Virus genome (UHGV): UHGV-1374671
From: a virus
Reading direction: 5' to 3' (one strand)
Length of the DNA stretch: 64,000 bases
Part shown: piece after piece, positions 1-10,188 of the stretch
Layout of the letters: each line of letters starts with the position of its first letter
How positions within the stretch are numbered: the first letter of the stretch is position 1
Program-made: the position numbers and the translations under genes
The notes under the pieces: model-generated
Databases searched by the model: none
Told to the model about the DNA's origin: nothing
What the model saw: the letters and a program-made list of their open reading frames with translations, nothing else

Positions 1-2
1 AG

Positions 3-1088
3 CAGACGCAGGAGATCAAGAAGTACGTCGAAGGGGATCTGGCGTTCACCGACGCTGCGAAGAACACCCCGAAGGATCAGGTCCAGGAAATCCCGGGCGC
101 CCAGTCGCTGAATGCGACCCCGGAAAGCGCTCTGGCCGCCACCGGCACCAAGGTTGAGAACATCACCGCCGACGGCTGCCCGACCGGCACCCCGCAGGAA
201 CAGGCGAAAAAGGCGTCCGATTATCGTGCGCAGCTCGCCGGTATTCTGAAGCAGACCCAGCAGAAGAAGGCCGCCCAGGTTCAGAAGCAGGCTTCTTTTA
301 CCGAAGCCGACTTCCGCACCGGCACTGAGGTCATGGAAAAGTTCGCGTCGCTGACCCCGAATTCCACCCAGGAGGACATCCTCGCTGCGCAGGAAGATCT
401 GATCAAGCTGGCGAACACCAACCCGATCTTCGGCATCATTCGCGATCGCATCATCCAGACCAAGATGGCTGCGGACATTGATGCGCTGGCGGAAGCCGAG
501 GGAATCTCTCCGGAAGAAGCCGCTGCGGAGATGCAGGCCGCTGCGGACGCTGACCCGTCCATGATGGCGGCGCTGGAAGACGAGGCGAACGGTGAAGCCG
601 TGGCCGAGCTGGCAGAAGCCGAGGAAGCGACCGACGGACTGATGACCGAGATCCAGGGCATGGCCGACGCCGCGTCCCAGACCCTTGGCGAGGAAGTCAC
701 CCCGGACGACATCGTCGCCGCTGCTGAAGAGACCGACCGCATGGCTGCTGAACTCGGCGTTCCGCCGGAAGTGCTGATTCAGGCCGCGCTTGACGAGATG
801 ACCGGCGAAGCGGCCGCTGCGGAAGTTACCCCGGAAGACGAAGCCAACGCCCAGCAGATTCTCGATGCTGCCGCCGCCGAAGGCATCTCTCCGGAAGAAG
901 TGATCCAGATGGCCACCAACGAGCTGGAAGGCGGCTCGGCGGTGGAGGAAGACGCTGCTGCGGCCCCGGCTGCGGAAGAGCCCAAAGAAGAACCCACCGA
1001 GAAGGCAGCCAGTCTGCAGAAACGTGCGGGGACCTTGCGTGCGGAGTTCGTCCGTCAGATGCGCGCTCAGCGGCGGAGTCAGAAGTAA
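3..1088 (+). CDS. Ala/Glu-rich acidic scaffolding (or protease-scaffold) protein, 5'-partial (frame open from window start)
   Basis: Frame 3 open from base 3; very acidic, A/E-rich low-complexity, helical; lies immediately upstream of capsid genes. Confidence 0.5.
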   Translation, partial: QTQEIKKYVEGDLAFTDAAKNTPKDQVQEIPGAQSLNATPESALAATGTKVENITADGCPTGTPQEQAKKASDYRAQLAGILKQTQQKKAAQVQKQASFTEADFRTGTEVMEKFASLTPNSTQEDILAAQEDLIKLANTNPIFGIIRDRIIQTKMAADIDALAEAEGISPEEAAAEMQAAADADPSMMAALEDEANGEAVAELAEAEEATDGLMTEIQGMADAASQTLGEEVTPDDIVAAAEETDRMAAELGVPPEVLIQAALDEMTGEAAAAEVTPEDEANAQQILDAAAAEGISPEEVIQMATNELEGGSAVEEDAAAAPAAEEPKEEPTEKAASLQKRAGTLRAEFVRQMRAQRRSQK

Positions 1089-1104
1089 GGGAAGGAGGTC
1101 TGTA

Positions 1105-1557
1105 ATGGACTCGAATATGGATGCCCTTACAAAGCTGGCATCTGAGCTTACCGACCGCGTCGAAGCTCTTGAGAAGCAGAACGCACAGCTCTGCTCCGAG
1201 AACAAGGCGCTGAAGGAAAGCCAGGTGAAGCAGGCGGCTGCCACCGTGGTCTCGGAAGAGGTTGCGGCGAAAACCTGCGAACTGCTGGTGAAAGCCGGCA
1301 GCATCCAGCAGGATCAGGTGGAAGCGACCAAGCAGGCGTTTCTGCACGATCCGGAAGCAGCGCACCGCACAATTGAGGGTTTTGTTGACGCTCTCACTCA
1401 GGAGAAGGCAGCATCGAGCTCGGAAGAGCAGGAAGCTGACGACGTGAGTGGAGGTCGTCTGGCGGCTCCGTTGAGCGGTCAGGAAAAGACCGCCGAGGAT
1501 TCATGCCTCGACCGGATGTCCCAGATCCTCAACATGGGACACAGCAATCGCTGGTAA
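1105..1557 (+). CDS. coiled-coil head-assembly/scaffold-associated protein
   Basis: RBS GGAAGGAGG 6 nt upstream of ATG 1105; heptad-like coiled coil; position between scaffold and capsid. Confidence 0.45.
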   Translation: MDSNMDALTKLASELTDRVEALEKQNAQLCSENKALKESQVKQAAATVVSEEVAAKTCELLVKAGSIQQDQVEATKQAFLHDPEAAHRTIEGFVDALTQEKAASSSEEQEADDVSGGRLAAPLSGQEKTAEDSCLDRMSQILNMGHSNRW

Positions 1558-1586
1558 CAGCAGAAACAATAAGGAAGGGTAATCAA

Positions 1587-2171
1587 ATGTCTGCGATTAC
1601 GAGAACCGACTTTACTCGGCAGTATGAGCACGTGGCGGCCATCGCGCACGGCGCCCACCCTGAGTATCGCCTTGAGTTCGATGCCTTCGTGAAGAACGAA
1701 GCGGCCTCGAAGGGCATCTATCAGGGTTCCGTTGTCAGCCTCAACGCTGACGGCGAGTACGTCATCGGCTGCGGAGCCGGTACCGGAATGAACTTCCCGG
1801 TCCCCTGCATCTCGATGAAGAACATCTTTGATCCGGATGTGACGGCCGGCGTTAAGGGCAAGACCTATCAGTCTTCGACCTACAGCGCCATTGGCGGCAA
1901 GATCACCGCGATCCCGTGCACCGGTGGATATGAGATCGAGACCACGGAGTTCAAGACCGACTCGACCTATCACCCGAACGACGCGCTCACCGCGCTGACC
2001 GGGGCTGATATCGGCAAGATCGGACTGGCTACCAAGCAGCCGGGTGACACCGAGCCGTATGTCGGTTTCGTGTCCCAGGTGCCGTACACGGACCGCAACA
2101 CCAACGGTTCGCGTCTGTCGTTCTGGACGAATTTCATCCCGGCCCGGTTCGCAACTGCTGCTGGCGCGTAA
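1587..2171 (+). CDS. capsid-associated (decoration-like?) structural protein
   Basis: RBS AAGGAAGGG; 194 aa; lambda-like order scaffold-decoration-major capsid. Confidence 0.4.
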   Translation: MSAITRTDFTRQYEHVAAIAHGAHPEYRLEFDAFVKNEAASKGIYQGSVVSLNADGEYVIGCGAGTGMNFPVPCISMKNIFDPDVTAGVKGKTYQSSTYSAIGGKITAIPCTGGYEIETTEFKTDSTYHPNDALTALTGADIGKIGLATKQPGDTEPYVGFVSQVPYTDRNTNGSRLSFWTNFIPARFATAAGA

Positions 2172-2187
2172 GGAAGGAGCATAAGAA

Positions 2188-3150
2188 ATGTATAACCAGG
2201 AAAAACTCGCTTCCATTTCGGAAGACATCAAGGCGAAGCTGCTCTCCGGCGATAAAGAGCTGCAGAAGACCGCCGGCCTTGCCGCCAGCGAATACTTCCG
2301 CACGGAAATCCGTGAAAACGGTATCCGCCGCCAGATCACCCCGCCGACCACTGTGACCCGTGAGAACTTCGACACCGTCGAAGACACGGACTTCCCGGTC
2401 ATGTTCGTTGAAATTGCGCCGAAATCGGCGGGCGCTCGCAAGGTGTCCTTCGAGACCGGTCCGCGCGGCAATGTCATTCACGGGAAGAAAGCCCGTGTCG
2501 AGTTTGCGCGTATCATGACGGAGAAGTACTCCATCGACAAGATCCGCCTCGAGACCTACAAGATGCCGATCCTCGACATCTTCTACGACCTGATGCTCAA
2601 AGACATCATGGACGTGGAAGACGAGGTCACCCTTGCGGTCGACAACGACATCGTCGGTACCGTCGACACCGTGAACGACGAGATGGGCTGCTGCCGTTTC
2701 GTCCATGCCGGCCCGCTCAGCCGCGATGCGATGGTCCACCTCAAGAAAGGCATGAAGGTCGCCCCGGGCAACCTGCAGCCGGCCAAGTTCCTGATGAACG
2801 ACCTGACCCACTGCGACTTCGGCGTCTTCGGACGTGACGTCGTCGGCGGTGACATGGCCCAGGAAATGTTCATCAACGGCGTCACCCTGACCAAGGTCCA
2901 GGGCGTCGACACCGTCGTCACGACCAAGAAGAACCTGGTCAAGGCCGACGAAGTGTTCATCTACACCGATCCGCGCTACTACGGTGGGTTCTACACCTAC
3001 AAAGACGTGGCGATGGTCGTGGACGAGAAGGACGACATCTGGTTGACCTTCTTCGCGCACGAAACGGTCGGTGCGTCGGTCATCAACGCCGCTGGCGTCG
3101 CCAAGGCGCTGCTCAACGGCACGCTGAAGGACTGGTACACCGGTCAGTAA
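2188..3150 (+). CDS. putative major capsid protein
   Basis: RBS AAGGAAGGAG; 320 aa; followed by a strong intrinsic terminator; gene order. Confidence 0.55.
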   Translation: MYNQEKLASISEDIKAKLLSGDKELQKTAGLAASEYFRTEIRENGIRRQITPPTTVTRENFDTVEDTDFPVMFVEIAPKSAGARKVSFETGPRGNVIHGKKARVEFARIMTEKYSIDKIRLETYKMPILDIFYDLMLKDIMDVEDEVTLAVDNDIVGTVDTVNDEMGCCRFVHAGPLSRDAMVHLKKGMKVAPGNLQPAKFLMNDLTHCDFGVFGRDVVGGDMAQEMFINGVTLTKVQGVDTVVTTKKNLVKADEVFIYTDPRYYGGFYTYKDVAMVVDEKDDIWLTFFAHETVGASVINAAGVAKALLNGTLKDWYTGQ

Positions 3151-3180
3151 GCGCACATTGATCTGACAAGATCGCAAATG

Positions 3181-3222
3181 AGGGGCTCTCGCTGCTGTAA
3201 ACAGTAAGAGCCCCTTATTTTG
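3181..3222 (+). terminator. rho-independent terminator after capsid gene
   Basis: AGGGGCTCT...AGAGCCCCT 9-bp stem followed by TTATTTTG. Confidence 0.7.
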
Positions 3223-3269
3223 TCCGTTATAGTAGGACTGCAATTCCCTATCACAGAAAGGATGTTACA

Positions 3270-4115
3270 ATGAATCAGTCTCCGATTTACACCGTGGTCA
3301 AAAACAACTCCAACGTCGACCGTACGATCCGCTGGACCGGTGAGGCGCCCATCTGGATCGGGGCCGGTGCAACCGTTGAAATTCCCTATGAGGCTTGGTC
3401 CAAAGCCGACCGCAACAAGCGCACTTCCATGATCGCCGACCTTCAGTCCGGAGCCACTTCCGTGTCTCTGAAAGTCCTGCAGGCGGATGGCTCCTATCTG
3501 GCTGTTCCGTATTCCGTGCCCACCATCATGACCAGCAAGTGCAGAGGCACTGCGACTGTCACGGTGAAGGACAAAGCTCTTGCCTTCAACGAGGACGACT
3601 CCCGTCACAATATCAAAGTCAAGTCCGGAGATGCTGAGAAGGCCGCTGAACATTACGGAGCCACCAAAGCCGCTGAAGAGCCCGTTACCGGAACTCGCAT
3701 CGAAGGTGCCAGCACCGATGGCTTCCAGAAGGACACTGATACGCTGGTGAAAAGCACCCGGGAAACGATTGCCGAAAGCGAGGCCCGTATGAAGGCCGAA
3801 GAAGAAGAGACCGCCGAGAAAGAGTCCCAGGCTGTTGAATCTGACACCGGAAAGCCTGTTGACGACGACAAGGATGACGAAAAGAACGATACCCAGGACA
3901 GCGCTTCCGATGGCGATGATGATGACAAGGAGGCCGAGCTGCCCGAGGATGCCGCCCGTAAGATCTTCGCTGAAAGCATCGCTGCGAAGAACTGGGAAGG
4001 AGCTCGTGGCGTCATGTGCACGTACTTTGGAGAGGACAAGGTCACCTTCAGCGCCAAGACCGTGTCTGCGATGAAGGACTGGGACGCCATTGTCGCCAAG
4101 TACAAGCTGGCGTAA
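3270..4115 (+). CDS. hypothetical virion protein with highly acidic D/E/K-rich central-C region
   Basis: RBS AAAGGATG; ORF 281 aa. Confidence 0.5.
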   Translation: MNQSPIYTVVKNNSNVDRTIRWTGEAPIWIGAGATVEIPYEAWSKADRNKRTSMIADLQSGATSVSLKVLQADGSYLAVPYSVPTIMTSKCRGTATVTVKDKALAFNEDDSRHNIKVKSGDAEKAAEHYGATKAAEEPVTGTRIEGASTDGFQKDTDTLVKSTRETIAESEARMKAEEEETAEKESQAVESDTGKPVDDDKDDEKNDTQDSASDGDDDDKEAELPEDAARKIFAESIAAKNWEGARGVMCTYFGEDKVTFSAKTVSAMKDWDAIVAKYKLA

Positions 4116-4133
4116 CCTGATCAGGTAACCAGG

Positions 4134-4192
4134 TGTGCCCGGGTATCTGTTCCAGTGCGGAGCTGCCCGGGCACGTTTGTTTCCTGACCCGT
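4134..4192 (+). terminator. stem-loop GTGCCCGGG...CCCGGGCAC followed by GTTTGTTT
   Basis: 9-bp inverted repeat with T-rich tail directly after stop of 3270..4115. Confidence 0.5.
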
Positions 4193-4246
4193 AAGCACTG
4201 GTAAAGTGCATTTTATTTTAAAGCTAAATACCTCAAGGAGGATAAC

Positions 4247-4525
4247 ATGGCGAGAGACATTTTTGGGCGTAAGCGCGGGGCTTCCGACCGTCAGGATCAC
4301 CCGGTTCCGTACGAGATCGACTCCAGTACCGGAGAGGGTGGCACCGTCAGATACACGCGGTTCTTCGACATGGGAGATGAGCCTTGCGGAATCATGAAGG
4401 AAGAATATACGGGTGAAATGCCCAATCCCACCTTCTATCGCTGCACTTGGGCCTTTGATAAATGGGACAACCGCACTAAAGCCACGTACATTCCGATTAA
4501 CCAGTGCTGGGACTACGAGAACTAA
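4247..4525 (+). CDS. hypothetical protein (92 aa)
   Basis: RBS AAGGAGGA before ATG. Confidence 0.5.
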   Translation: MARDIFGRKRGASDRQDHPVPYEIDSSTGEGGTVRYTRFFDMGDEPCGIMKEEYTGEMPNPTFYRCTWAFDKWDNRTKATYIPINQCWDYEN

Positions 4526-4537
4526 CGGGGGTTCCGT

Positions 4538-7500
4538 ATGGCGGAACAGGCCAAATACATAACTCTGAAGGACAACAAGCTCTCGTTAAAAGACTTGTTG
4601 ACTCAGATCAGTGCAGTGCTGGAAGATGGTGTTCCCGTACTGAAGATCACCAGCTCCATTCAGTTCTCCGATCAGGTGTCTGGTGTGGTTGGCGGTCTTC
4701 GGTACAACATGGAGACCTCCTCCGTCGAATACTCCAACGACGGAGGCGCCACATGGAATGCGCTGTCTTCGGAGTCGTTCTGGTGGGAGGCTGGAAAGTC
4801 TTACACAGTGGGCACTGTCGTACTGCACGCCACTGGCTGGTATGTATGCCGGATTGCAACGAACAACGCAATCCCAGGAACGTCCGCCGAATGGAACCTG
4901 CTCACTCCTGGCACGATTTTCCAATATGTCACCAGCTCTGCGCAACTGAAAGCGGCGCTGGAAACGGCGACCTCCAAAGTGACCATTATCATGAAGGGGG
5001 ACATCACCACTGCCGTCAGCGCCACTGTGACAGCCGGTACCGTTACGATTTATTCTGACGAGGCCACCACGATACGCAGCACGCTGACCATCGCGGCTCC
5101 GTCCAACGGTAACATTTACTGGCACTCTCAAGGAACCGAATTCAGTGGCGGTTCCATCACGATCACCAGCGGCACGCTGTGGATCGACAGGCTCAAGTGC
5201 ACGGTTGGCACCCAGGCAACGCTTACCGGCGACATCAAATATCAGCGCATCGACGGAACCTTCACCGGCGGCACAATCAACCGCTGGGTGGACATGGGAG
5301 TCGACGACCTGGTTCCTAAAGACCTGTCGACGCTGGAAGAGGTCGCTTACGCGGACGCGCTGAAGTTGTACGTGGACGCCGGCAACCAGTACGGGTATCT
5401 CACAATGGCCAGCTTTGCCACCAGAGTGGCCGAGCTGGCTGCGGCGTACTTCAACATTGATCTTACCGGCCCCCTCAGCTTGAAACCCAGTACGGCTCCC
5501 CGTGGCTATATCTTCTATGCCACGGACACTGGAGATTTGTACATCATGGGCGAGAACAACGTATGGGGGCCGCCCATTCATATCCAGGGGCCTGCTGGCG
5601 CTCAGGGGCAGATCGGCTACACCGTCATGCCAGCTGTCGACGCGGACGGCAATCTGTCCTGGAAGGCGATGCTCATCAACCAGACGGAAACTGGCCCTGA
5701 AGTGCCTCAGCCCGTCAACATCAAAGGCGCTGACGGCAAATCGGCTTTTGTGATCTGGAAAGAGGAGATGGGCAACCCAGGCAGCACCGTGGACGACTTC
5801 CTTGAAGCGCTGGGCATCGGTAATCGCCGCATGATCTTCACATATCTGGATGTGGTGGAACCCGACAAGAACGTCACCTTTCTTACCAAGTACCCGTTTA
5901 TCGCGGTGCTCGACAATATTGGTCTCCAATGGGAGCTGGCAAACGGTCGCGTTCATTACAACGACGATTCCGTCACCATCAACCTGACCGATGTGTACCA
6001 GGCCAAGGGGTTGGTGGATTCTCCTGCCAGCATCGACACAGGACTGGGAACATACGCACGGGACGTCACCAAGGATGCGGAAGGGGCTTTCGCCTGGTAT
6101 AATGCCCAGGTCGAGACTTCCACGCTGTTCACGGCCCTGCAAGAGCCTGCTGTGGCCTCGTATGCGTACACCAACCCTGAGCTTACTGAAAACCCTGTTG
6201 TCGTCAACGCGTACACACCGGAAGTCAAGTCTCCGACCATCGAAGGCAACTGGTACGGGTTGTTTGGCGGGGGTGGCGGCAATGATGGTGGTACCGGTGA
6301 TGTTGAGATCGTTGGAGTGGAAACCCTGCCCACCGGGTCCGACGCCACGTTGAAAGACACCCAGGAGAGCACCTCTCTTCATCGGAAGTACATCCTGGGC
6401 ATACCGGCGGGACCTACCGGATATTCATACAGCACTCCCAAGCCGTTCGATCTGACGGAAACGTATTATCCTCCCAGTGACGACCGCAGGTACTACACCA
6501 CGGTGCTGCACCAGGGAGGCACCTGGGTCTACATCGCCACCGAGGCATCCAGCGGACACACGCCTCCGGAGCTGCCTGCCACCAGCAATGAATGGTGGCA
6601 GCTGATAGCCAAACCTGGAGAAGACGGAGAGGATATCGGCAACGGGATCTCGGTTCATAAGTTCCAGACCAAGAAGCCGTCCTCCCAGTTGCAGCTTCAT
6701 CTCCAGATGATGCGGTCCCCGACTGGTGTGATCTCAGAGGCTGTGCTGTTCCTGGATACGCTGAACACGGCGGAAGACCGTGCAAAGGTACGGTGCTGGA
6801 ATCCGGAAACCACAGACTGGGAACTGATCACGGCAAACGGGTTCGGTCCGGTGTACAACAACAATCCGGTTAATGTGGACATGTCAGATACGAAACAGGA
6901 GCGATACCTGTTCTATCGCTGGGTAACAGCATCCAACACGTCGGCCACCTGGCAGTCCGCGATTTTCCCGAACTCAGGCACAATCGATTACCTGAACTCG
7001 CTTACGCCTGATGGGCATATCGACTTCACAGCGGCCAACCTGACGGACGGCAGGTATCTGCATCTGACTCCTGCCAGATTTGTACTGGCAGTCATCGACA
7101 ACAATGGAAAACAGTGGCCGTTGGCTTCCGATGAGGTCTCTTATGATTTCGTTACAGACGAGGTCATCGTTGATCTCCAGGGCGTGATGACCAGGTCTGG
7201 TGTGGAATCCATTGTCGGCACCTGGAAGCTGATCACCAACGTAGGTATCATGGAACAGCCTATTGTCGGGGATCACACGCACGACAACAAGCCGGCGCTT
7301 GATCTGATCGGGATCGACCTGCATGGGAACATCACCATCGACGGCGCCATCGTGGTTCCAGCCAACGAGCGCGGAGGCGGTCTGTATCTGATCGACCCGG
7401 AAAACTATGCCGACACCACTACGCTTGTGGATCCCGGCGAGTTTGCGGTGTCCATCGAGCTGGTGCGGCCAGGGGACTACAATGCCATCCGTATGTACCA

Positions 7501-7609
7501 GCAGCTGCACAGCGAAACCTACAACATCAGAATGGACATTCTGAATCCGTTTTCATACAACACTACGATCCCGCGTGTGAATCCCGGGGTCTTGCCTGAA
7601 GGAGAATAA
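4538..7609 (+). CDS. large virion-associated protein (1023 aa) with short collagen-like G-x-y run
   Basis: long ORF; GPAGAQGQIG motif; G/T/S-rich beta-like repeats. Confidence 0.55.
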   Translation: MAEQAKYITLKDNKLSLKDLLTQISAVLEDGVPVLKITSSIQFSDQVSGVVGGLRYNMETSSVEYSNDGGATWNALSSESFWWEAGKSYTVGTVVLHATGWYVCRIATNNAIPGTSAEWNLLTPGTIFQYVTSSAQLKAALETATSKVTIIMKGDITTAVSATVTAGTVTIYSDEATTIRSTLTIAAPSNGNIYWHSQGTEFSGGSITITSGTLWIDRLKCTVGTQATLTGDIKYQRIDGTFTGGTINRWVDMGVDDLVPKDLSTLEEVAYADALKLYVDAGNQYGYLTMASFATRVAELAAAYFNIDLTGPLSLKPSTAPRGYIFYATDTGDLYIMGENNVWGPPIHIQGPAGAQGQIGYTVMPAVDADGNLSWKAMLINQTETGPEVPQPVNIKGADGKSAFVIWKEEMGNPGSTVDDFLEALGIGNRRMIFTYLDVVEPDKNVTFLTKYPFIAVLDNIGLQWELANGRVHYNDDSVTINLTDVYQAKGLVDSPASIDTGLGTYARDVTKDAEGAFAWYNAQVETSTLFTALQEPAVASYAYTNPELTENPVVVNAYTPEVKSPTIEGNWYGLFGGGGGNDGGTGDVEIVGVETLPTGSDATLKDTQESTSLHRKYILGIPAGPTGYSYSTPKPFDLTETYYPPSDDRRYYTTVLHQGGTWVYIATEASSGHTPPELPATSNEWWQLIAKPGEDGEDIGNGISVHKFQTKKPSSQLQLHLQMMRSPTGVISEAVLFLDTLNTAEDRAKVRCWNPETTDWELITANGFGPVYNNNPVNVDMSDTKQERYLFYRWVTASNTSATWQSAIFPNSGTIDYLNSLTPDGHIDFTAANLTDGRYLHLTPARFVLAVIDNNGKQWPLASDEVSYDFVTDEVIVDLQGVMTRSGVESIVGTWKLITNVGIMEQPIVGDHTHDNKPALDLIGIDLHGNITIDGAIVVPANERGGGLYLIDPENYADTTTLVDPGEFAVSIELVRPGDYNAIRMYQQLHSETYNIRMDILNPFSYNTTIPRVNPGVLPEGE

Positions 7610-7610
7610 A

Positions 7611-8027
7611 ATGGCAATCGAGACTCACATTCACGCCTTCCCTTTGCTGGCTCCGGTGGATACCATCTACCCGGACGCGGTTGCCGTATGGGATCATGAC
7701 AGGAAGCGCGTGATCATCGGGGACGGCGTTACGATCAACGGCGTCAGGGTCGCCATGATGGAAGACCTGGTGGCGGCTACATCCGTTTTTCTTGAACAGG
7801 AGTTCGCGTCGTTGACCGCCACAGGGGACGCAGGATTCAACGGCGAGCTGTATGTACACCATCTGGTGGCGCCGTCCGGGACAATCTACACTGTGGCTTC
7901 CGGGGACTGTTACTGGAAGGAGGGATACACCTACGTGAAGATGGCTTCGTACATGCAGGCAGAGAATATGCCTACGTTTACCGGAACCTGGATCGCGGTC
8001 TACAACCCGCGTCCTACTGCGTCTTGA
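7611..8027 (+). CDS. hypothetical protein (138 aa)
   Basis: start overlaps upstream stop (TAAAATG). Confidence 0.5.
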   Translation: MAIETHIHAFPLLAPVDTIYPDAVAVWDHDRKRVIIGDGVTINGVRVAMMEDLVAATSVFLEQEFASLTATGDAGFNGELYVHHLVAPSGTIYTVASGDCYWKEGYTYVKMASYMQAENMPTFTGTWIAVYNPRPTAS

Positions 8028-8035
8028 AAAAGGAG

Positions 8036-8072
8036 AGCCTGCCGGCGCTTCGGAACCGGCAGGCCTGGAGGA
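8036..8072 (+). terminator. stem-loop CCTGCCGG-CGCTTCGGAA-CCGGCAGG
   Basis: 8-bp stem directly after stop; loop contains the GCTTCG motif; no clear T-run. Confidence 0.35.
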
Positions 8073-8178
8073 TAATGGATGCTTCGACCATCTCTGTTAT
8101 TACATATACGTCAAGTCCTGCTTAACCCGGCGTGTTTGGTAGGATAAAGAAAATAAACACGTCAGTTGGAGATATAAC

Positions 8179-8493
8179 ATGAGCTTATCCCCAGAGCAAT
8201 TCGAGGCACTTCTTCGAGCACTACGGTCACCGGAGGGATCCAATATTTCTATGTTGGTGTTTACAGGCATTATCGCGACAGTTGCTTTGCTCGGTGTCGT
8301 ATGGTTTATTATCAACCTCAGAATGAAACCGGTGGAACGTTTGGAAAAGCAGCTCGAAAGCATCCAGAAATTGCTGACGGAACTGACGTCCAAGATGTGG
8401 ACCACGGAGAACTTGGAAAACAAGGTGCGCGTCATTGTGCAGGAACATATTGGAAAGCACGAGAACTCCTGTCCTTATCGGAAAACCCGGTGA
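8179..8493 (+). CDS. small membrane protein (one TM helix + coiled coil)
   Basis: hydrophobic stretch MLVFTGIIATVALLGVVWFIINL; AT-richer upstream region. Confidence 0.5.
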   Translation: MSLSPEQFEALLRALRSPEGSNISMLVFTGIIATVALLGVVWFIINLRMKPVERLEKQLESIQKLLTELTSKMWTTENLENKVRVIVQEHIGKHENSCPYRKTR

Positions 8494-8509
8494 CAATTCC
8501 CTGTTCAGT

Positions 8510-8547
8510 ATAGGACCGCTTGCCGCAATATCGTAGGTAGGCGGTCT
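8510..8547 (+). terminator. rho-independent terminator
   Basis: GGACCGC...GCGGTCTTTTTATT. Confidence 0.55.
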
Positions 8548-8559
8548 TTTTATTGGAGA

Positions 8560-10188
8560 ATGCAAATGGCGGAAGACGATTCTTATCTCGATATACCAGA
8601 AGGTTACAAACCCTGGGTACTCGAAGAGGAGACAAAGGACGAGGACGGCAAGCCCATCACAATCCAGAAGCTCATCCTGGACGAGAACGGCAAGGTCATT
8701 CTCTGTGATGAGTGTCCGTGCCTGAAAAAGTGCTGGTGGCTGTACGAATCCACCTGCGAGATCGAGCAGGACCATGAGACAGGGGAGAAGACCGTCATAT
8801 GGGCGGAGCCTGAGTTGATCGCCGTGAACTGTATGCCGTCCCCTGAGATCGCCAACAAATGGTACTGGGTCAGCTACGGAACTGTATGGCAGTACGTTAC
8901 CAACGACCAGCAGTGCAAGGAATCCCTGAATCTTTGTGAGGAATTCACACCGCCCACGGTAGAGAAGCCGGATTTTGAGGATTGCTGCGAGTTCAACTAT
9001 GTCGGGGGTGGACCTACTGAGCTGCCGTTCGAGTGGGACCAGATCTTCGACAGGTTTGAAGAGGATGAGGAAGGATCCCTGTACCCAGTCTTCCGCCCCA
9101 TTAAAAAGTACAGGGACCTGACCAACGACGACAACGTCGTAATCGGCAGCGCAACGTCAGGGGACTGCGAGTGGTCGGAATGGACTGTGGAGTTCGAGAA
9201 CTTCCAAGGAACTCTCAATGCCAGGATCATTTTTCCGTGCGAGAATGCCGAGCCCAGGATCATGCAGCTTGGATCGGCCGAAGGAGGTCCATTATCAGCC
9301 AAGATCAATCTGTGTCCCACCTGGAAAGCGGAACTGTTCGTCACCACTGACTATGCTTGGAAATATAACACTGACTGGGAAGACCCGGAAGGCGTGCATG
9401 AGGACGCCAGATGGTGGGCGCTTGGCCTGCTCAAGTCACAGCGCTGCGCCAAGTACTGCTTTCTTGAATTCTTCGCACAGTGTCTCAGTCCACAAGGATT
9501 GGAGTTGTCCTGGTGCAAGGAGAACACCGCTCCTATCGTGCTTGGCCCCTTCAGTTCGGAATTCAATCCCCCGTTTCCATATAATCGTGGAGGATGGCTG
9601 GTACCGGATCCGGATAACCCGGACGGGCCATGGATACCGCCCATCACAGATGGCGACGAACCGAGCCAGGTAGCAACACTGGTTCAACTTATGTGCGCAT
9701 CCACGCACTTTCCGAACTGGCTGAAGAACAACTGCACTATTGAAATCACCTGCGAAGATTGGGAAACCCCGAAGCAGTGCGAAGAGCCGGAACCGGATAA
9801 CCAGTGCCCTGGATGGGCGAATCTGGCGTGTACCTGCTGCCACAATCCGTATTTCATGGGATTCAAGACCAATATGCGCTACCGCACTTGCGTCGGTTTC
9901 GACCATGACACCTGCACGTCGGTGTACGGGGGGTATACTGCGGTAGTGGATGAGAACGATCCGTGTTACTGCACAATCACAGCGTCTGATTCTGACTACG
10001 CCGATCGTTGGCCAGTGGGGAGCAGACATTCGTGCGACGCCGTAAGAACGGCCATGGGTGGAGAGCCCATTACCGACACGCTGTATGCCTGGGATGGGTG
10101 CGGCCCTGAGAACTCGATTGGCACCAGACTCAGTGGTGCCGTAACAGACATAAATTGGGATGAGTGGGATGCCGAACACAATAACTAA
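8560..10188 (+). CDS. Cys/Trp-rich protein (542 aa), possible metal-binding virion protein
   Basis: more than 30 Cys and many Trp, CxxC/CPC clusters; not a recognisable family by eye. Confidence 0.5.
   Translation: MQMAEDDSYLDIPEGYKPWVLEEETKDEDGKPITIQKLILDENGKVILCDECPCLKKCWWLYESTCEIEQDHETGEKTVIWAEPELIAVNCMPSPEIANKWYWVSYGTVWQYVTNDQQCKESLNLCEEFTPPTVEKPDFEDCCEFNYVGGGPTELPFEWDQIFDRFEEDEEGSLYPVFRPIKKYRDLTNDDNVVIGSATSGDCEWSEWTVEFENFQGTLNARIIFPCENAEPRIMQLGSAEGGPLSAKINLCPTWKAELFVTTDYAWKYNTDWEDPEGVHEDARWWALGLLKSQRCAKYCFLEFFAQCLSPQGLELSWCKENTAPIVLGPFSSEFNPPFPYNRGGWLVPDPDNPDGPWIPPITDGDEPSQVATLVQLMCASTHFPNWLKNNCTIEITCEDWETPKQCEEPEPDNQCPGWANLACTCCHNPYFMGFKTNMRYRTCVGFDHDTCTSVYGGYTAVVDENDPCYCTITASDSDYADRWPVGSRHSCDAVRTAMGGEPITDTLYAWDGCGPENSIGTRLSGAVTDINWDEWDAEHNN

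Noticed and set aside
4586-6382. Long minus-strand ORF (598 aa) and many other antisense ORFs in the track (e.g. 281..742, 1479..2477, 2134..3243, 3144..4211, 19882..21360)
   Set aside because: They lie wholly antisense to strongly supported plus-strand genes, are Arg/Gly/Val-rich as expected from a GC-rich antisense frame, and lack RBS context. Treated as shadow ORFs.
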